Source: Eledone cirrhosa
Taxonomy: Eukaryota
Direction of reading: 5' to 3'
Assembly (NCBI GenBank): GCA_964016885.1
Contig: OZ024740.1
Span: 116,002,001 to 116,066,000 of the forward strand
DNA length: 64,000 bases
Part shown: positions 1 through 12,185 of the stretch, piece by piece
How positions within the stretch are numbered: the stretch's first letter is position 1
Layout: each line of letters starts with the position of its first letter
The notes under the pieces: generated by a model
What the model saw: the letters and a program-made list of their open reading frames with translations, nothing else
Databases searched by the model: none
What the model was told of the DNA's origin: nothing
Translations under genes and position numbers: made by a program

Positions 1-720
1 GTCAAGTAAGAATATTTTCAAAACAGCGAGCGAGTTTGAAATTATAAATGTAAGCTATCGCCGTATTTTGACTAAAGAAATTATGGAAAATTATTTAGCC
101 TGCTAGTGGGGCTAAGAACCCTCGGAGAAATGGAAAAAGATAAGTATTGACGTACATGGGAATCGAACCCACATCTTTGGTTATCCAGACCACTGTGCTA
201 CCATTACACCAACACATTACCCGTCTTTTGCCATTCGAATTAGAAGCTATAATCTTAACCCCACTATCAGGCTAAATAATTTTCGAAAATATTCTTACTT
301 GACATTTACAGTTGCTAAATTATTTAGCCTGATAGTGGGGTTAACCCCACTATCAGGCTAAATAATTTTCCATAATTTCTTTAGTCAAAATACGGCGATA
401 GCTTACATTTATAATTTCAAACTCGCTCGCTGTTTCGAAAATATTCTTACTTGACATTTACAGTTGCTAAGATTATAGCTTCTAATTCGAATGGAAAAAG
501 ACGGGTGGTGTGTTGGTGTAGTGGTAGCACAGTGGTCTGGATAACCAAAGATGTGGGTTCGACTCCCATGTACGTCAATGCTCATCTTTTTTTTCATTTC
601 TCCGAGGGTTCTTAACCCCACTATCAGGCTAAATAATTTTCCATAATTTCTTTAGTCAAAATACGACGATAGCTTACATTCATAATTTCAAACTCGCTCG
701 CTGTTTCGAAAATATTCTTA
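1..720. repeat. Scrambled inverted/tandem array of a 271-bp unit containing a tRNA-like module, ending at (TA)n
   Basis: TAACCCCACTATCAGGCTAAATAATTTTCC recurs at 342 and 613 (period 271). Bases 1-256 are the reverse complement of the unit. A perfect palindrome AGCCTGATAGTGGGGTT|AACCCCACTATCAGGCT lies at about 326-359. Confidence 0.85.
507..577 (+). ncRNA. tRNA-like cloverleaf (non-canonical, GGA at anticodon position) with Pol III A/B boxes; second copy on minus strand at about 147-217
   Basis: Acceptor GGTGTGT/GTACGTC (four G-U pairs), D arm GTGT/GCAC, anticodon arm TGGT/ACCA with loop CTGGATA, 4-nt variable loop, T arm GTGGG-TTCGACT-CCCAT, followed by a T8 run at about 587-594. T at position 37 argues against a functional tRNA. 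Confidence 0.6.
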
Positions 721-732
721 TATATATATATA

Positions 733-914
733 TGCGTGTGCTTTTTTTATTGGCAATAATGACAACATGACTATCACCAATTATAACTATATATACATAC
801 ACACAGACACACGCATATATATATATATATATATATGCGTGTGTCTATGTGCATGTATATATAGTTATAATTGGAGATAGTCATGTTGTCATTATTGCCA
901 ATAAAAAAAGCACA

Positions 915-920
<6 letters not shown>
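733..920. repeat. Near-perfect ~190-bp palindrome centred on (TA)n
   Basis: TGCGTGTGCTTTTTTTATTGGCAATAATGACAACATGACTATC is mirrored by GATAGTCATGTTGTCATTATTGCCAATAAAAAAAGCACACGCA, with (TA)n at the centre and on both flanks. Confidence 0.9.
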
Positions 921-976
<56 letters not shown>

Positions 977-1349
977 ATATATATATATATATATAGGAGA
1001 GACAGCTGGTAGCATAGAAGAGAGAATAAATATAAGTAGCTGTAAAGAAACTAGATTAACTGCCCTATTATTTGACGGTACTTGCCTAAAGTTACGATGA
1101 GTAAATCACGAAGTAAATGTATAAGCCTGTTACACAAGAGTTATTTATTCAGACTAAAGGTCAGTCTTGGAGATTTAGAAAAGTATTGGCATTTGTTGTT
1201 TTGCTTATTAACAGTTTAAGTAAATTCACATTTAACAGTGCAATGAAATTGTGTCAGTGACCAGATCACCAACAGTGTGACGAAAATATTGGCACCAAAA
1301 AATAAATGATAAATATAAAGTGAATTTAACAGTTTTTGTGTTTTTGTAT

Positions 1350-1745
1350 TTCTAAAATGACTCCTCCACAGTATAACAGATTTAGTTTCAACACCGTCTC
1401 CGATCATGTCACTTGCCAGGCAAGTACATCTGTTGTAATTACTTTAGTTTCAACAGGCGGTCTCAAATCAAGTCACTTGCCAGCTTATACTAAAATGACT
1501 TTTACAAGATGCAATTGCTTTAGTTTCAATATACAATCTGAGATCAAGTCTTTCACCAGACATGTACATGTGATGTTAAAATGACACCTCCACGATGTAA
1601 TTACTTTAATTTCAATGCCTTCCCAGATCAAGTGACTTGCCAGGCAAGTACATCCGTAGTTAAGATGACTCTTCCACGATGTAATTGCTTTAGTTTCAAC
1701 ACACCACGATCTCAGATCATGTTACTTGCCAGACTTATACAAGTA
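1350..1745 (-). repeat. Degenerate ~84-bp tandem repeat, possibly decayed RI-like leucine-rich-repeat coding sequence
   Basis: The unit AAATGAC.CCTCCACGATGTAATT.CTTTAGTTTCAA...GATCA.GTCACTTGCCAGGCAAGTACA occurs 4-5 times. The minus strand translates to 28-aa periods (CTCLASHLIWEGIEIKVITSWRCHFNIT; CLVKDLISDCILKLKQLHL; LASDMIGDGV) with stops and frameshifts. Confidence 0.45.
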
Positions 1746-2134
1746 CAAACTTTTAACAGATCCAGACAGACCACTGAAACTGGGGGAATGCTGTTACGTA
1801 TTACTTAACGAAGATATCAACTGTGTAACAACTTCGCTTCATTAATTTGAGTTGCAGTAGAACATTGGCTGTGACCAGGTGGCAACAGGTGCGACGAAAA
1901 TGTCGACATCAAGAAATAAATGATAAATCTACTGTAATTTCCTGATATTCACGATATCGAACAATATATCATTTTTAGAATGAAGAAGTCTTTGTAAAAA
2001 TAAGATGCTCACAGAAATATGATTAACTGCAGTAAAGTCAAGTACTAGATATTAGTGTTGTGTACTTCACGAAACTTATAGTAAATATCAATTAGTGGTC
2101 TTTTATGTGGACATTTAGTGAATTGCTTAGTATA

Positions 2135-2910
2135 TATGTATGATCTCTCTTTCTCTTAATTTCGAGTATATTTTTGACCGGGCACCTTCCTGGTGGCAAG
2201 GTTGTAAAAGAAAAGAAATTATCATCCCTTAAATCGCAAGAATGTTTTGCAAATTTTGAAGGTACTAGCTATCGCAGCCATTTGTAGACTATGAATTAGG
2301 GAGCTGCGCTCTTTGTCCGCAACTCCAAGTTCAGTTATACATTGGTCCAAGCGGGTTGGTATATAACCCGTAGCTCCAATAATGATGGGTATGAAGCTAA
2401 AGGTGTATCTTGGATACTGGATTTGTAAACTCCTCATCAATGGTCCGTAGATGTCCTCCTTCTCCTGTATTTTTCTGACAACGTTTACATCAAGTGGGCA
2501 GCTGACCTCTACAACAGAGCACCTTTTCAATGTGTGGTCCCAAACAACAATATCAGGCCGGTTGTGCTTTAATTTGGTGGCAGTTTTTATTTTCAGGTTC
2601 CACCGGTATTTCTTAGTGCCATCTGTCTTAATATATTCTTCCTCGTTTGTTTTTAATTTTTTTTTCCGAAGTTCGTTCCAGATGGTTCTAGCTATCCCAT
2701 CATGTCTCTTGGGGAGCTAGTAGCGAGATGACATTCTTTCGCAGCTGGCAACAATGTGGCTTACATCTTCGATCTTTGTTTTACATAGCCTGCATTTGTC
2801 AGCTGATGGCCCTCCTCTTTTGTGCAGCAGATATTTGGTAGGGAATTCTTGTTCCTGTATTGCATAGAGATATCCCTCAAGTTGTGATGTCATAAACTTG
2901 TCTGAACTCC
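2135..2910 (-). mobile_element. 5'-truncated R4/Dong-like non-LTR retrotransposon (CCHC knuckle + restriction-like endonuclease), flanked by (TACA)n
   Basis: Minus-strand translation gives EGYLYAIQEQ, CRLCKTKIEDVSHIVASC, KHNRPDIVVWD, VVEVSCP and FIPIIIGATG; stop at 2222, then a short 3' UTR running into CATACATATAC. The 5' junction is with (TACA)n at 2911. The frame is disrupted. Confidence 0.85.
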
Positions 2911-2996
2911 ATGTATGTATGTATGTATGTATGTATGTATGTATGTATGTATGTATGTATGTATGTATGTATGTATGTATGTATGTATGTATGTAT

Positions 2997-3604
2997 GCCA
3001 GGTCACCAGTTGGTGCTACTGGTAACATGTATCCCAGTACAACCTGTCTCATGGTCGGGTCATTGGCGACTAAACTGGCAACCCCACCAAGGTTTCTTGG
3101 TGAGGAGGGTGACTTTGGTCATCCTGCAGGACTAAAAACAAAACCTGTCAAAGGGCAAAGGAGCTCTTAAGAGTCAATGACCATCCAAAATCACCGGGAG
3201 AGATGACCCCTTAGCCTTTGTCAAGGCAGAATTCTAGGAGAAGGAAAACTCTGATATAACACCTGCAACTCTGATGGTATCCAATGATGTTGACTTGTTC
3301 TTCTTTTTGGTAAATATCATCTTGGTTAAGAGAGTGGGACTGGCTTTGTGCAGTGCCTTTGCTCACTATAAAAGCTTCACGGCACAGGCATTGCTTTATA
3401 TCTGGAGATCTCTCTGCACTTGTCGTCACATGGTACCATGGGCCAAGCAATATGTGCAATAATTGTCACAAGTGTAGTGTTTGTACCAGAGTTTTCAAGT
3501 CGCTGGCTGGACTAAAAAGTCACACTCGTTCAGCGCATCGGTAGGAGTTCTCCTAAATGGATATAAAGTAGTGGCCGTACTCGAAAACGAATTGGCAGCT
3601 ACCA
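2997..3604 (+). mobile_element. Non-autonomous internally deleted RTE-type element ending in (ATGT)n
   Basis: The 5' part has RTE-like 5' UTR motifs (TAAACTGGCAACCCCACC; GGAGAAGGAAAACTCTGA). The 3' part encodes a C-terminal C2H2 finger HKCSVCTRVFKSLAGLKSHTRSAHR*. (TATG)n lies on both sides. Confidence 0.6.
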
Positions 3605-3635
3605 TGTATGTATGTATGTATGTATGTATGTATGT

Positions 3636-4890
3636 TCTTCTGGTTTTATAATTTCACAAAGTTTTACCAATAGAGAGAGAGTCGGTTTCTAACATAGACA
3701 CAAGACTCTCTCATTGGAATTTACACAACATCAACTAGGTATGTATGCATGCATGTGTAGATATGGATGTTATTGTATGTGTGGATGTTGATGTTTTGAG
3801 TTGTATGTGTGCATGTGTATATGCTTTGTATCTGTACATGTGTATATGCAGTTATTAGATGCAAAACTTTTGGAATGTTTTACATATTTTTACTGTTCCA
3901 TTAATGGATTGTACTTGTAATTTCCTAACTAGTTGTGTTATTTCTGTTCTTGTGAAGCCTTGCTTCTCAAGATTTGTATTGCGGCAGTTACTAATATATC
4001 CCAGTACCCCAATAATCACAGGCTTAAATCTGAAGGTGTAATCTGGGTGGAGTATCTGCAGATTTCTCATCAGTTCTGCATAAATATTCTCCTTTTCACT
4101 AATCTTTGATATTATATTGGCATCTGCTGGGCAGCTAATTTCCACTACCGTGCATGTTTTCTTCTCCCAGTCCCATATCATAATATCTGGTCTGTTATGC
4201 CTGCATTTTATTGGGGTTTTACTGGAACATTCCACCAGTACTCTTTCATATTATATACATGGATGTCTTCCACATTGTTGTAGCTTTTAATGTGTTTATT
4301 ATCGGGGCTATTTTTTTTACGAACTGCATTGTACAGTGTTTTGGCCACTACATGATGCCTCTTAGGTAGATAGTACCGCGATGACATCTTTGGACAGCTG
4401 CTGATGACATGGATGATATCCTCGATGTTAATTCTGCAGAGTCTGCACTTGTTATCACATCTAGGTGTTTTGCCTGCATCCCTATCTCTTTTGTGAATCA
4501 GGTATTTCGTGCTAATCTCCTGTTCCTGGATTGCAAACACGTATCCTTAAAAGTGGGAGCCAATATAGCGGTTGTTGGTCCAAGATAGACTACTTTCCTT
4601 ATCTATATTACTCTCACTCTGGAGCTTCCTGGCAACATATCCATGCATGATTTTTTGCTGATAGGCATGCAGTTTTTCATCCATGGATTCACTGCGATAC
4701 TGCTGAGCGACATCGCTGGGTGTGAGTTTTTGATTATCACACAGGGAATATCTCTCGAGGAGTTCCTTCCCTACTCTCATGATCTTATCTGTTTCATGCA
4801 GATAGACATGCTCGAGAAAGGGGCTCCTACGTTTCGAGGTTCGTAGATGTTGTCGGAGAGATATTATGCGACATGATGCGACATTCAAAT
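3636..4890 (-). mobile_element. Second, divergent 5'-truncated R4/Dong-like RLE retrotransposon, flanked by (TACA)n
   Basis: Frameshifted ORFs 4547-4890, 4208-4540 and 3855-4235 contain KIMHG, FAIQEQEI, CRLCRINIEDIIHVISSC, RHHVVA, RHNRPDIMIWD and VVEISCP. The 3' UTR ends AAACCAGAAGAA directly followed by (CATA)n. Confidence 0.88.
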
Positions 4891-4996
4891 GTTGTGTATG
4901 TATGTATGTATGTATGTATGTATGTATGTATGTATGTATGTATGTATGTATGTATGTATGTATGTATATATAAATATATATATATACACACACATA

Positions 4997-5067
<71 letters not shown>

Positions 5068-5204
5068 ATTATACATATATATATACATATATATATATAT
5101 ATATTATATATATATACATACATATATATATGTGTATATATACACATATATATATATATACATATATATATGCATATATATATACACACACATATTATAT
5201 ATAA

Positions 5205-5240
<36 letters not shown>

Positions 5241-7194
5241 GGGGGAGGGAGAGAGAGAGAACTGTGTCAATACCTTAACTTATCAAAATATATTTGATTG
5301 TACGTATTTGAACTGATAATGTGAAAGCGATTTTTCTTGTTTTGTAAACATGATCCCTGAACCATAATAAAACTGATGACACTAAACACAAAATGAAGAT
5401 TTCTCAAACAGATTTAATTTCTCATGATATACATTTGCGAAAAGTCACGTTAAATACTTAGATTTTAATTGCTGTTTCTTCTCATTCCGTCTCCTGCTGT
5501 CGCTTGACATATACACTGACATAGAAAGGAGGTGTTAGTCGTTTGACTAGCAAGTCAGCACTTAGAAAGCGCTTTTCAATAAATCGTTTACACAGATTCG
5601 AATTCTTTACAAATTACTTACTATTGCACCTTCTTCACTTGTTGACCCTTTAAATATTTTGTTTATTGTTTATTTCTTTTTGGTTTAGTTTCTATGTTCT
5701 TTTATATATCATAACTTCATTGGTATTTTCTTTTGCTTCTAATTGTAGTGTTGAAGCTGGCAAAGATTTGGTTGATAATCCACATTCATACCGCGATTAC
5801 TTGTGACAAATAATTTGTTACAGTTGATGTCCATCACTCATTAAATATTCACATCAAATTCCGGGTTCAGTAACAAGTTTCAGAAGCTGAGAAATAAACA
5901 CTGCCATTACTTAAATAAATGGTGTCTTTACAGAGATGATAGACTGGGAAAATTTCTGCTATAGAGAGTATAACCCGAGGGGGGGGGGGGGTCCTGACTG
6001 GGGGGGGGGGGAGACTATTTTGACTGAGAGCGTGGGTTACTGTCTTGAGTGAGCAGGTGACTGACTGAGCAGGTGACTGACTGAGTGGAGAAATGATTGT
6101 CAAGACTGAATGAAGAAATGGCTATCTTGATTGAGGATGGAGGGTGATACTGACTATCTTAGCTGGTAGGGGGAATGACTGTTCTATTATACTTACCATT
6201 TTATAATAGTCAAATTTGTGAATATTTGTCAATCTACTAAAATATTTGACTTAGTCAATCGTGCACGAGCCAAATAAGGAGTGGCACATTATTTAGCGAC
6301 TCATATTAAAGTTATTTATGTGTTTGTCAGCTGACACTAAGTCAACTTCAAAGGCATGGCAGAATCGTTATAAAATGTATAACCAGACTTTTAAACTAAG
6401 TTTTAAAACTGCCAGTTATTATTCCTTTTAGTTTTTGTAAGTGTGTAACTTCTCAATACATACAGAGCTCAAGAAGGTGTAAGAGGTATATGAGATTAAC
6501 TTACTAAATATTTATGCTCCTATCCGTATATAGATAAAGGCAAAGTAAAAAATATAAACTGTTTGCAGAACTAATTTAAAATAATCTTAAATCTACTTGA
6601 AGACAATTAAAACTCTCAAAGATGAAGTGAAAACGTTTTAATAGAATGGAAGAAAAAAAAAGGAAATGGAAGTAAAATTTGATGACGCTGTCTGATGGAC
6701 AATGTTATATATGAGTAAATATTTCTTTCATAGAAAAACGGCGATATTTTGAAATGCCGGTATAGTTCCTTCTATTAAACACAGTACTAAATTGGTACCT
6801 ATTTTACGAACCCTAGAAGGAAGGTAAAGAAAACATTGGTAATTGCACCAACCTCCTACTGCTCTTGTAATTATTCTACCAATATTTCGACTGCCTTTAT
6901 TGATATATAAATATTAAGTTAGTAGAATGGTTAGAAAGTCATTTCTTTGCGTTCTGAGTTCAAATTTCACTGATGTCAAATTTGCTTTTAATCCTTTCGG
7001 GTTTGATAAACAAATGCCAGTCTAGCGTGGTAGACTGGAGGAATCATTAAAATACCGAAGAGGATGCCTTGCGGTATTCGTTTCGACATTTTGCATTCTA
7101 AATTCAAATTCTGTCAAAGCCTATATGAGTGGCAGGCAGAGTATTTAGCATCCTATCCTAGCTCTACTAAGTATACCCTATTCTCTGAAATAAA

Positions 7195-7495
7195 ATAATT
7201 TCAACTTACAGTTTGGTAAGCTGAGTTGTTGACAGTTCTTGCAAAAATTACAAAGCCTTCAATTTCACTACACTCTCCACCCTCATACCAAATCATAATT
7301 GTATATAACCCTCTCCATCTCTTCGGATATTTCCACAACACTGCTACGTAGTAAAGACGTTTAGGAAATTATTATATATCTAATTATACAAATTTGTATA
7401 AAACTGTGACCCTTTAAGGTGCAGTAATGCGCTTTTTCAAGTTGACCTTAATAGCGTCGTTCCTGGTAGTTGGGTTTAACCAGTCATTTAGTTTA
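7195..7495. repeat. Dispersed non-coding repeat; related copies at about 24280-24570 (partial) and 50850-51170
   Basis: Shared blocks TTTCAA.TTACAGTTTGGTAAGCTGA, GATATTTCCACAAC.CTG.TACGTAG.AAAGA.GT and AACTGTGA.CCTTTAAGGT.CAGTAATGC. Confidence 0.7.
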
Positions 7496-9112
7496 ACACG
7501 AAACATTATACTTAGATTCCTTTAGTGAAATACACGCTGTTGCAAGCATTCGGTACCTGTCTCCAGTTTGAAGATAACTTCCTCCTCTCGCCCACAAGTT
7601 TTGTGTCTCTGAAAAGGGTCATAATGAATGCCCTTCCTTCTGACTAAGCGATGAAAATAATGCAATAATCTGCACCAAAACAGTAACAGAGCTCGTGGAT
7701 TTTGGACAGATAGAATTCCATTATCGTCTGACATTTCATCTCGGTTGAAGAGAGAAAGAAAAATATATTAACGACCTTTATAAAGGCGAGAAGCCAACAC
7801 ACATCTACCAATCCTTTAACTAAACCTAATAAAAACCTGCTCTCATTTGTATTTTTTAACAATGAACAACTATTTGTCTTTGCCAAAACTATGAATGAAA
7901 TTCTATACTTTTTTTTTTATCGTTCTTAATTGTTTTTATATAACTAAATCATGTGAGGTAAATAACAAAACAAGCGATGAATTAAAAATATACAATGTTG
8001 AAACTATTTATTGGTTTTTCAATAGAAGATTCTAATGACAAAGCAGGAATTGGAGATAAACTGTAACAATTAAAAAAACAACAATATAATTATCACGTGA
8101 GGAAAGTTGGTGATTGTTGCGAAATATTGACTTCTGTTATTATAGTTTATAATTTAAGCACAAGACCAGCAATCTCTTTTTTTTTTTTTTTTTTTTTGGT
8201 GGGCTAGAGGAGACGATTTAATCGGCTCCAGTACTTGACTGCTACCTTGTTTTAACGAACACCAGAAGGATGACAAGCAAAGTGGCCCTTGGCGAGATTT
8301 GATACCATAACTAAATGCTGCAAATTATGTCTGACACCATAGCAATTCTGTCACTCCACCGCTCTTTTGTGGCAAAATATTCAAACTTTAGGTATGTTGT
8401 GTAAAAATAGTTCCCCATTGAATTAGATGGATAACATAACGATAACGACATTATAAATAAGTGAAGGCATTTGAATGGTTATCAATGTGCAAAAATATAT
8501 TAGGTAGAAAGCACACAGTCGAGTGGTTAGGGTGTTGCGCTCACGATCACAATGTCATGGGTTCAATTACTGGACTAGGTGACATGTGTTCTTGAGAAAA
8601 ATACATGGCGTTGTTCCAGTCTACTCAGCTGATCTAGAGAACCAGCAATAGCTTTAGGGTGGAGGTTATCTTCTGGATAGACAAGGTGTCACTCTTGTAA
8701 TCTCTGTCGTACAATGCCAATCAAACCGGCTGAATATAACGGTAGGTGTTTTATATAAGAGGGTGGCTTAGTTGGTAGGGTGTTTGGTTAACGCAATGGA
8801 AAGAATAGGATCCTCGATGGCACATAGCGTCTTTGAGAAAGACGCTATATTTCACGTTGCTCCAGTTCTCTCAGTTGGCAAAAGTGAGTTTTACCTATAA
8901 TTGAAAGAGCCAGCTTTGTCACACATACGTTAAAGTGTAATCATGCGTTAATTTTACAAGCAGGCTGCTATGATGTTCGAAAAACTGAGACAAACGTATA
9001 CAATATACATAAATGTCTAACTGAACACACACACATGCTTTTTATCTCCCCACCAACATTTGTTTCTTCTTCTTCTTCTTCTTCTTCTTCTTCTTCTTCT
9101 TCTTCTTCTTCT

Positions 9113-9162
<50 letters not shown>

Positions 9163-9180
9163 TTTCGATTTCTTCTTTTA

Positions 9181-10125
9181 TTTCTCATTCTATTTACTGA
9201 TGAAAGAGAAAAGTCCGAAACGCTAATACCATTTTCCTTGTATATCAAGTGTTAAACTAATATATATCTCCATTGTATTGTATCGTTGTACCGTGTTGTT
9301 TTTCGTAAAACTTCCCCCCCCCCCCCACTACATGCCTCAGTCCTTGGTATTGTTTTACATTATGGATCACATACCTCGCACACCAGAACTGAACAGAGTC
9401 TGACTTTTCACCTTGGGTGATGTTTCCCTCTTGGACTCAATTCCCCTCCACAATTTCTTTAATATTACACACATACGTTCATGCTTATTTCTTTACCCCT
9501 TGCCACCGTCACCTTTACTCCGTCCGTTGTCAAACACGCGCTTATACATTCACCCCTAGATTCCTATGGCTGTGTTATGGTTATAAACATATACACTTAC
9601 AGCTGATACAGACCAACTAAATATGCACACACACCTCTACTTTTCCCTTCACAGCTCTGTATATACACACACACACTTATATTATATAATTTTACTCACA
9701 GCTTCGTACTTACAAGCACACACACACCCTTTTACTTACATATACACACACATATCCTCTTAGCTTCGTACGGACATAAAATAACACACACATACACACA
9801 CACATATATATATACAAAGCGGTCTTTTTCCCTTTCAGATAGACGCGCTCCATCATCTACTTTTCTGAAAAAGTATATCATACACAAAACGCCAGTATCA
9901 ACAGTTTTCCAAGAGATGGCAGCACAAATGGACCTGTTATTTTTCTCTAAAACCATTTTATCGATTCCACCCTGCCGTTCCCATCAATCTTTCTAATTTC
10001 TCATTCTTTATTCTGATGAAGGACTAGCGTCCGAAACGTTAAGACCCTCTTCCTGCTATTTCAAGCGTTAAACTAATATATTCCTTCTATATACTGTACC
10101 GTTTGTGTTGTTATTTCTGTTTGCC
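9181..10125 (+). mobile_element. Non-coding Penelope/retrozyme-like element bounded by two diverged ~125-bp direct repeats, each with a hammerhead core
   Basis: 9181-9305 matches 9997-10120 (TTTCTCATTC...CTGATGAA...GTCCGAAACG.TAA.ACC...TCAAG.GTTAAACTAATATAT...TGTACCGT). Confidence 0.65.
10009..10044 (+). ncRNA. Minimal type I hammerhead ribozyme motif (PLE-type)
   Basis: CTGATGA-A-GGAC(TAGC)GTCC-GAAAC-GTTA; stem III is the palindrome AACGTT, typical of dimer-forming PLE hammerheads. Confidence 0.65.
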
Positions 10126-10156
10126 TTTTATATACATATATACATACATACATACA

Positions 10157-10272
<116 letters not shown>

Positions 10273-11689
10273 TAAATTTGTGTGTGTGTGTGTGCATTAT
10301 TCAAACACAAAATGCATTCATGATGTAGAGAATGTGTCCATGGCTATAGCTTGTGGGCTAGAACAGGTAAATGAGTAAAAAGCAGTAAAAGAGAACATTC
10401 TTGAATTACAAAGCCATCATCAGCATTTATTTGAAACATTCTTATTTTATCATACTAACGTCCACCTATTATAAGTAACCATCTTGTTTATTTCAATGCC
10501 ACGTGATATATTTTGTTTGATTTTACTCTCCATACGCCCTTAAATGTTGATAATCTCTCTTGCTTGCTTTCTTGCCATGATTTTTGTCAGTAAATTCTAA
10601 ACTTCAGTGCGTCTACATTACGTCCGAAGTAGATCTATCTCTCTTATCACCAATTTAACTGCATTTATCATACTTTGACGTCTGAGTGCATTTAACAGAA
10701 TCTGGAACGTGTTTTTAGTTGTAGTGGTCCTGCCCATGGCTTGTGACTAACTTTTGTTTTCAATGAGCTCCTCCCTACCACAAGCAGACGTTAGATGTTA
10801 AGTTTTGCACCTTGGGAACATCATCTTAGGTTTTTTAATCAGTTTCTCTTCTTAGTATTGAAACTTTGCCATCTAAAATTTCTTTGAAGTATTTTCTATA
10901 GTTTTGCAGTTGATTTTATGTTTTTCATTTTGTTTTTTTTGGAACATGTTATTGTAACTTTTTCATGTTGGTTACTTCTGGTTGATACGATACTAATCAT
11001 AAATATTGCTATTAGTAATTTTAAGGATGTATACAAGCAACTATTCGTGTGTGTTTGAGTGAGTCCATGGGAATTGTTTTCTTTTAGAATAATTTAGTGG
11101 TGGAGAGGAATTAGGGTGATGGGTTGGCAGGAACCATATATTATACAATAAACTGCTTTGTTATTTAACTACATCACTTATGGTTTCAGTTCGAGTTCAA
11201 CCAAATTAATATATTCAGTACCAGTCATGTAACAAGGCTGATTAATTGGACCACATCATCTATCTATCATCCAAAACTATGTAAAAAGCCTTTGCTGATG
11301 TTGAGTAATAATTCTGAAATGCATGTATACCGCGTTCTTACACCGGTAATTAAAGAGCTGTTGTATGACTACAATTTATTATACTCACAACATGACTATA
11401 TATATATATGTTTATGGGTTTATGTTCACCTTTATTGTATGAAATATGTTAACCCTAACTTAGTTAAGTAAATAAAAATGTGCCAGTTATCGGGAGAAAC
11501 ATATTTTTATCGCTTAATAAGGTCGGGAAGGCCCTATGACTCTTTCTCAGAGCCTCTAATATTGGTGAAAGCCAGAGAAGAAAATGTCCTCAGGCTTGGT
11601 CTCTATGTTTGTAACAGAGTGGATTCCGCAAACGTCACCTCATTAAACTGGGCGAGGGATTAAATCCATCACCCTGATAGGCTACAGTG

Positions 11690-12185
11690 TGATTTGAATC
11701 AAGACCGCAAACATCAAGAACAAATATCGCTAGACATTCCATCCGATGCTCTACTGATTCCGCCAGTTTACTCTCTTTATTGGTATTTCCTTTATCAACA
11801 CTGTAAGCATTAAAGGAAAAGTTGATCTTGGCGGGATTAGAACTCAAAAAGAACGAACATAACAAGACATCACAGATGCTCTCTTATAATTCCGCCAGTC
11901 AACAGCTCTAGACTGGCTCTTTGTTTACCGAGTGTGGATGGATGATAGATAAAATTGACCTCGGCGGGATTTGAACTCAAGACGCAAGCAGACAAAATAA
12001 ATACGACGACTGTAATGGTTTCTGATTTAGGCACATGATCAACAATATTGATGCTTTACTTTATCGACTCCGCAAGAATGAAAGGCAAAGCTAACCTCGA
12101 CGGGATTTGAACTCAGAATGTAAAGGGTCGTAACTATATGCAGCAAAGCATGTTATTCGATGCTCTACCGATACTGCCAATCCAA
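11690..12185 (-). mobile_element. Cluster of degenerate tRNA-derived SINE copies (Nin/Deu-like domain family)
   Basis: Repeated TTTATCGAC...GAATGAAAGGCAAAG.TAACCTCG.CGGGATTTGAACTC...CTCTACCGATACTGCCAATCC. Confidence 0.7.

Noticed and set aside
97-135. CTG(A/C)TAG...GGGG/CCCT...GAAA as a hammerhead in the 271-bp unit
   Set aside because: The core is not CUGANGA and no stem III or cleavage triplet could be built.
7522-7760. Mixed-composition segment with a 70-aa ORF and a pyrimidine tract resembling a splice acceptor on the minus strand
   Set aside because: No recognisable protein motif and no partner exons; cannot be supported without RNA data.
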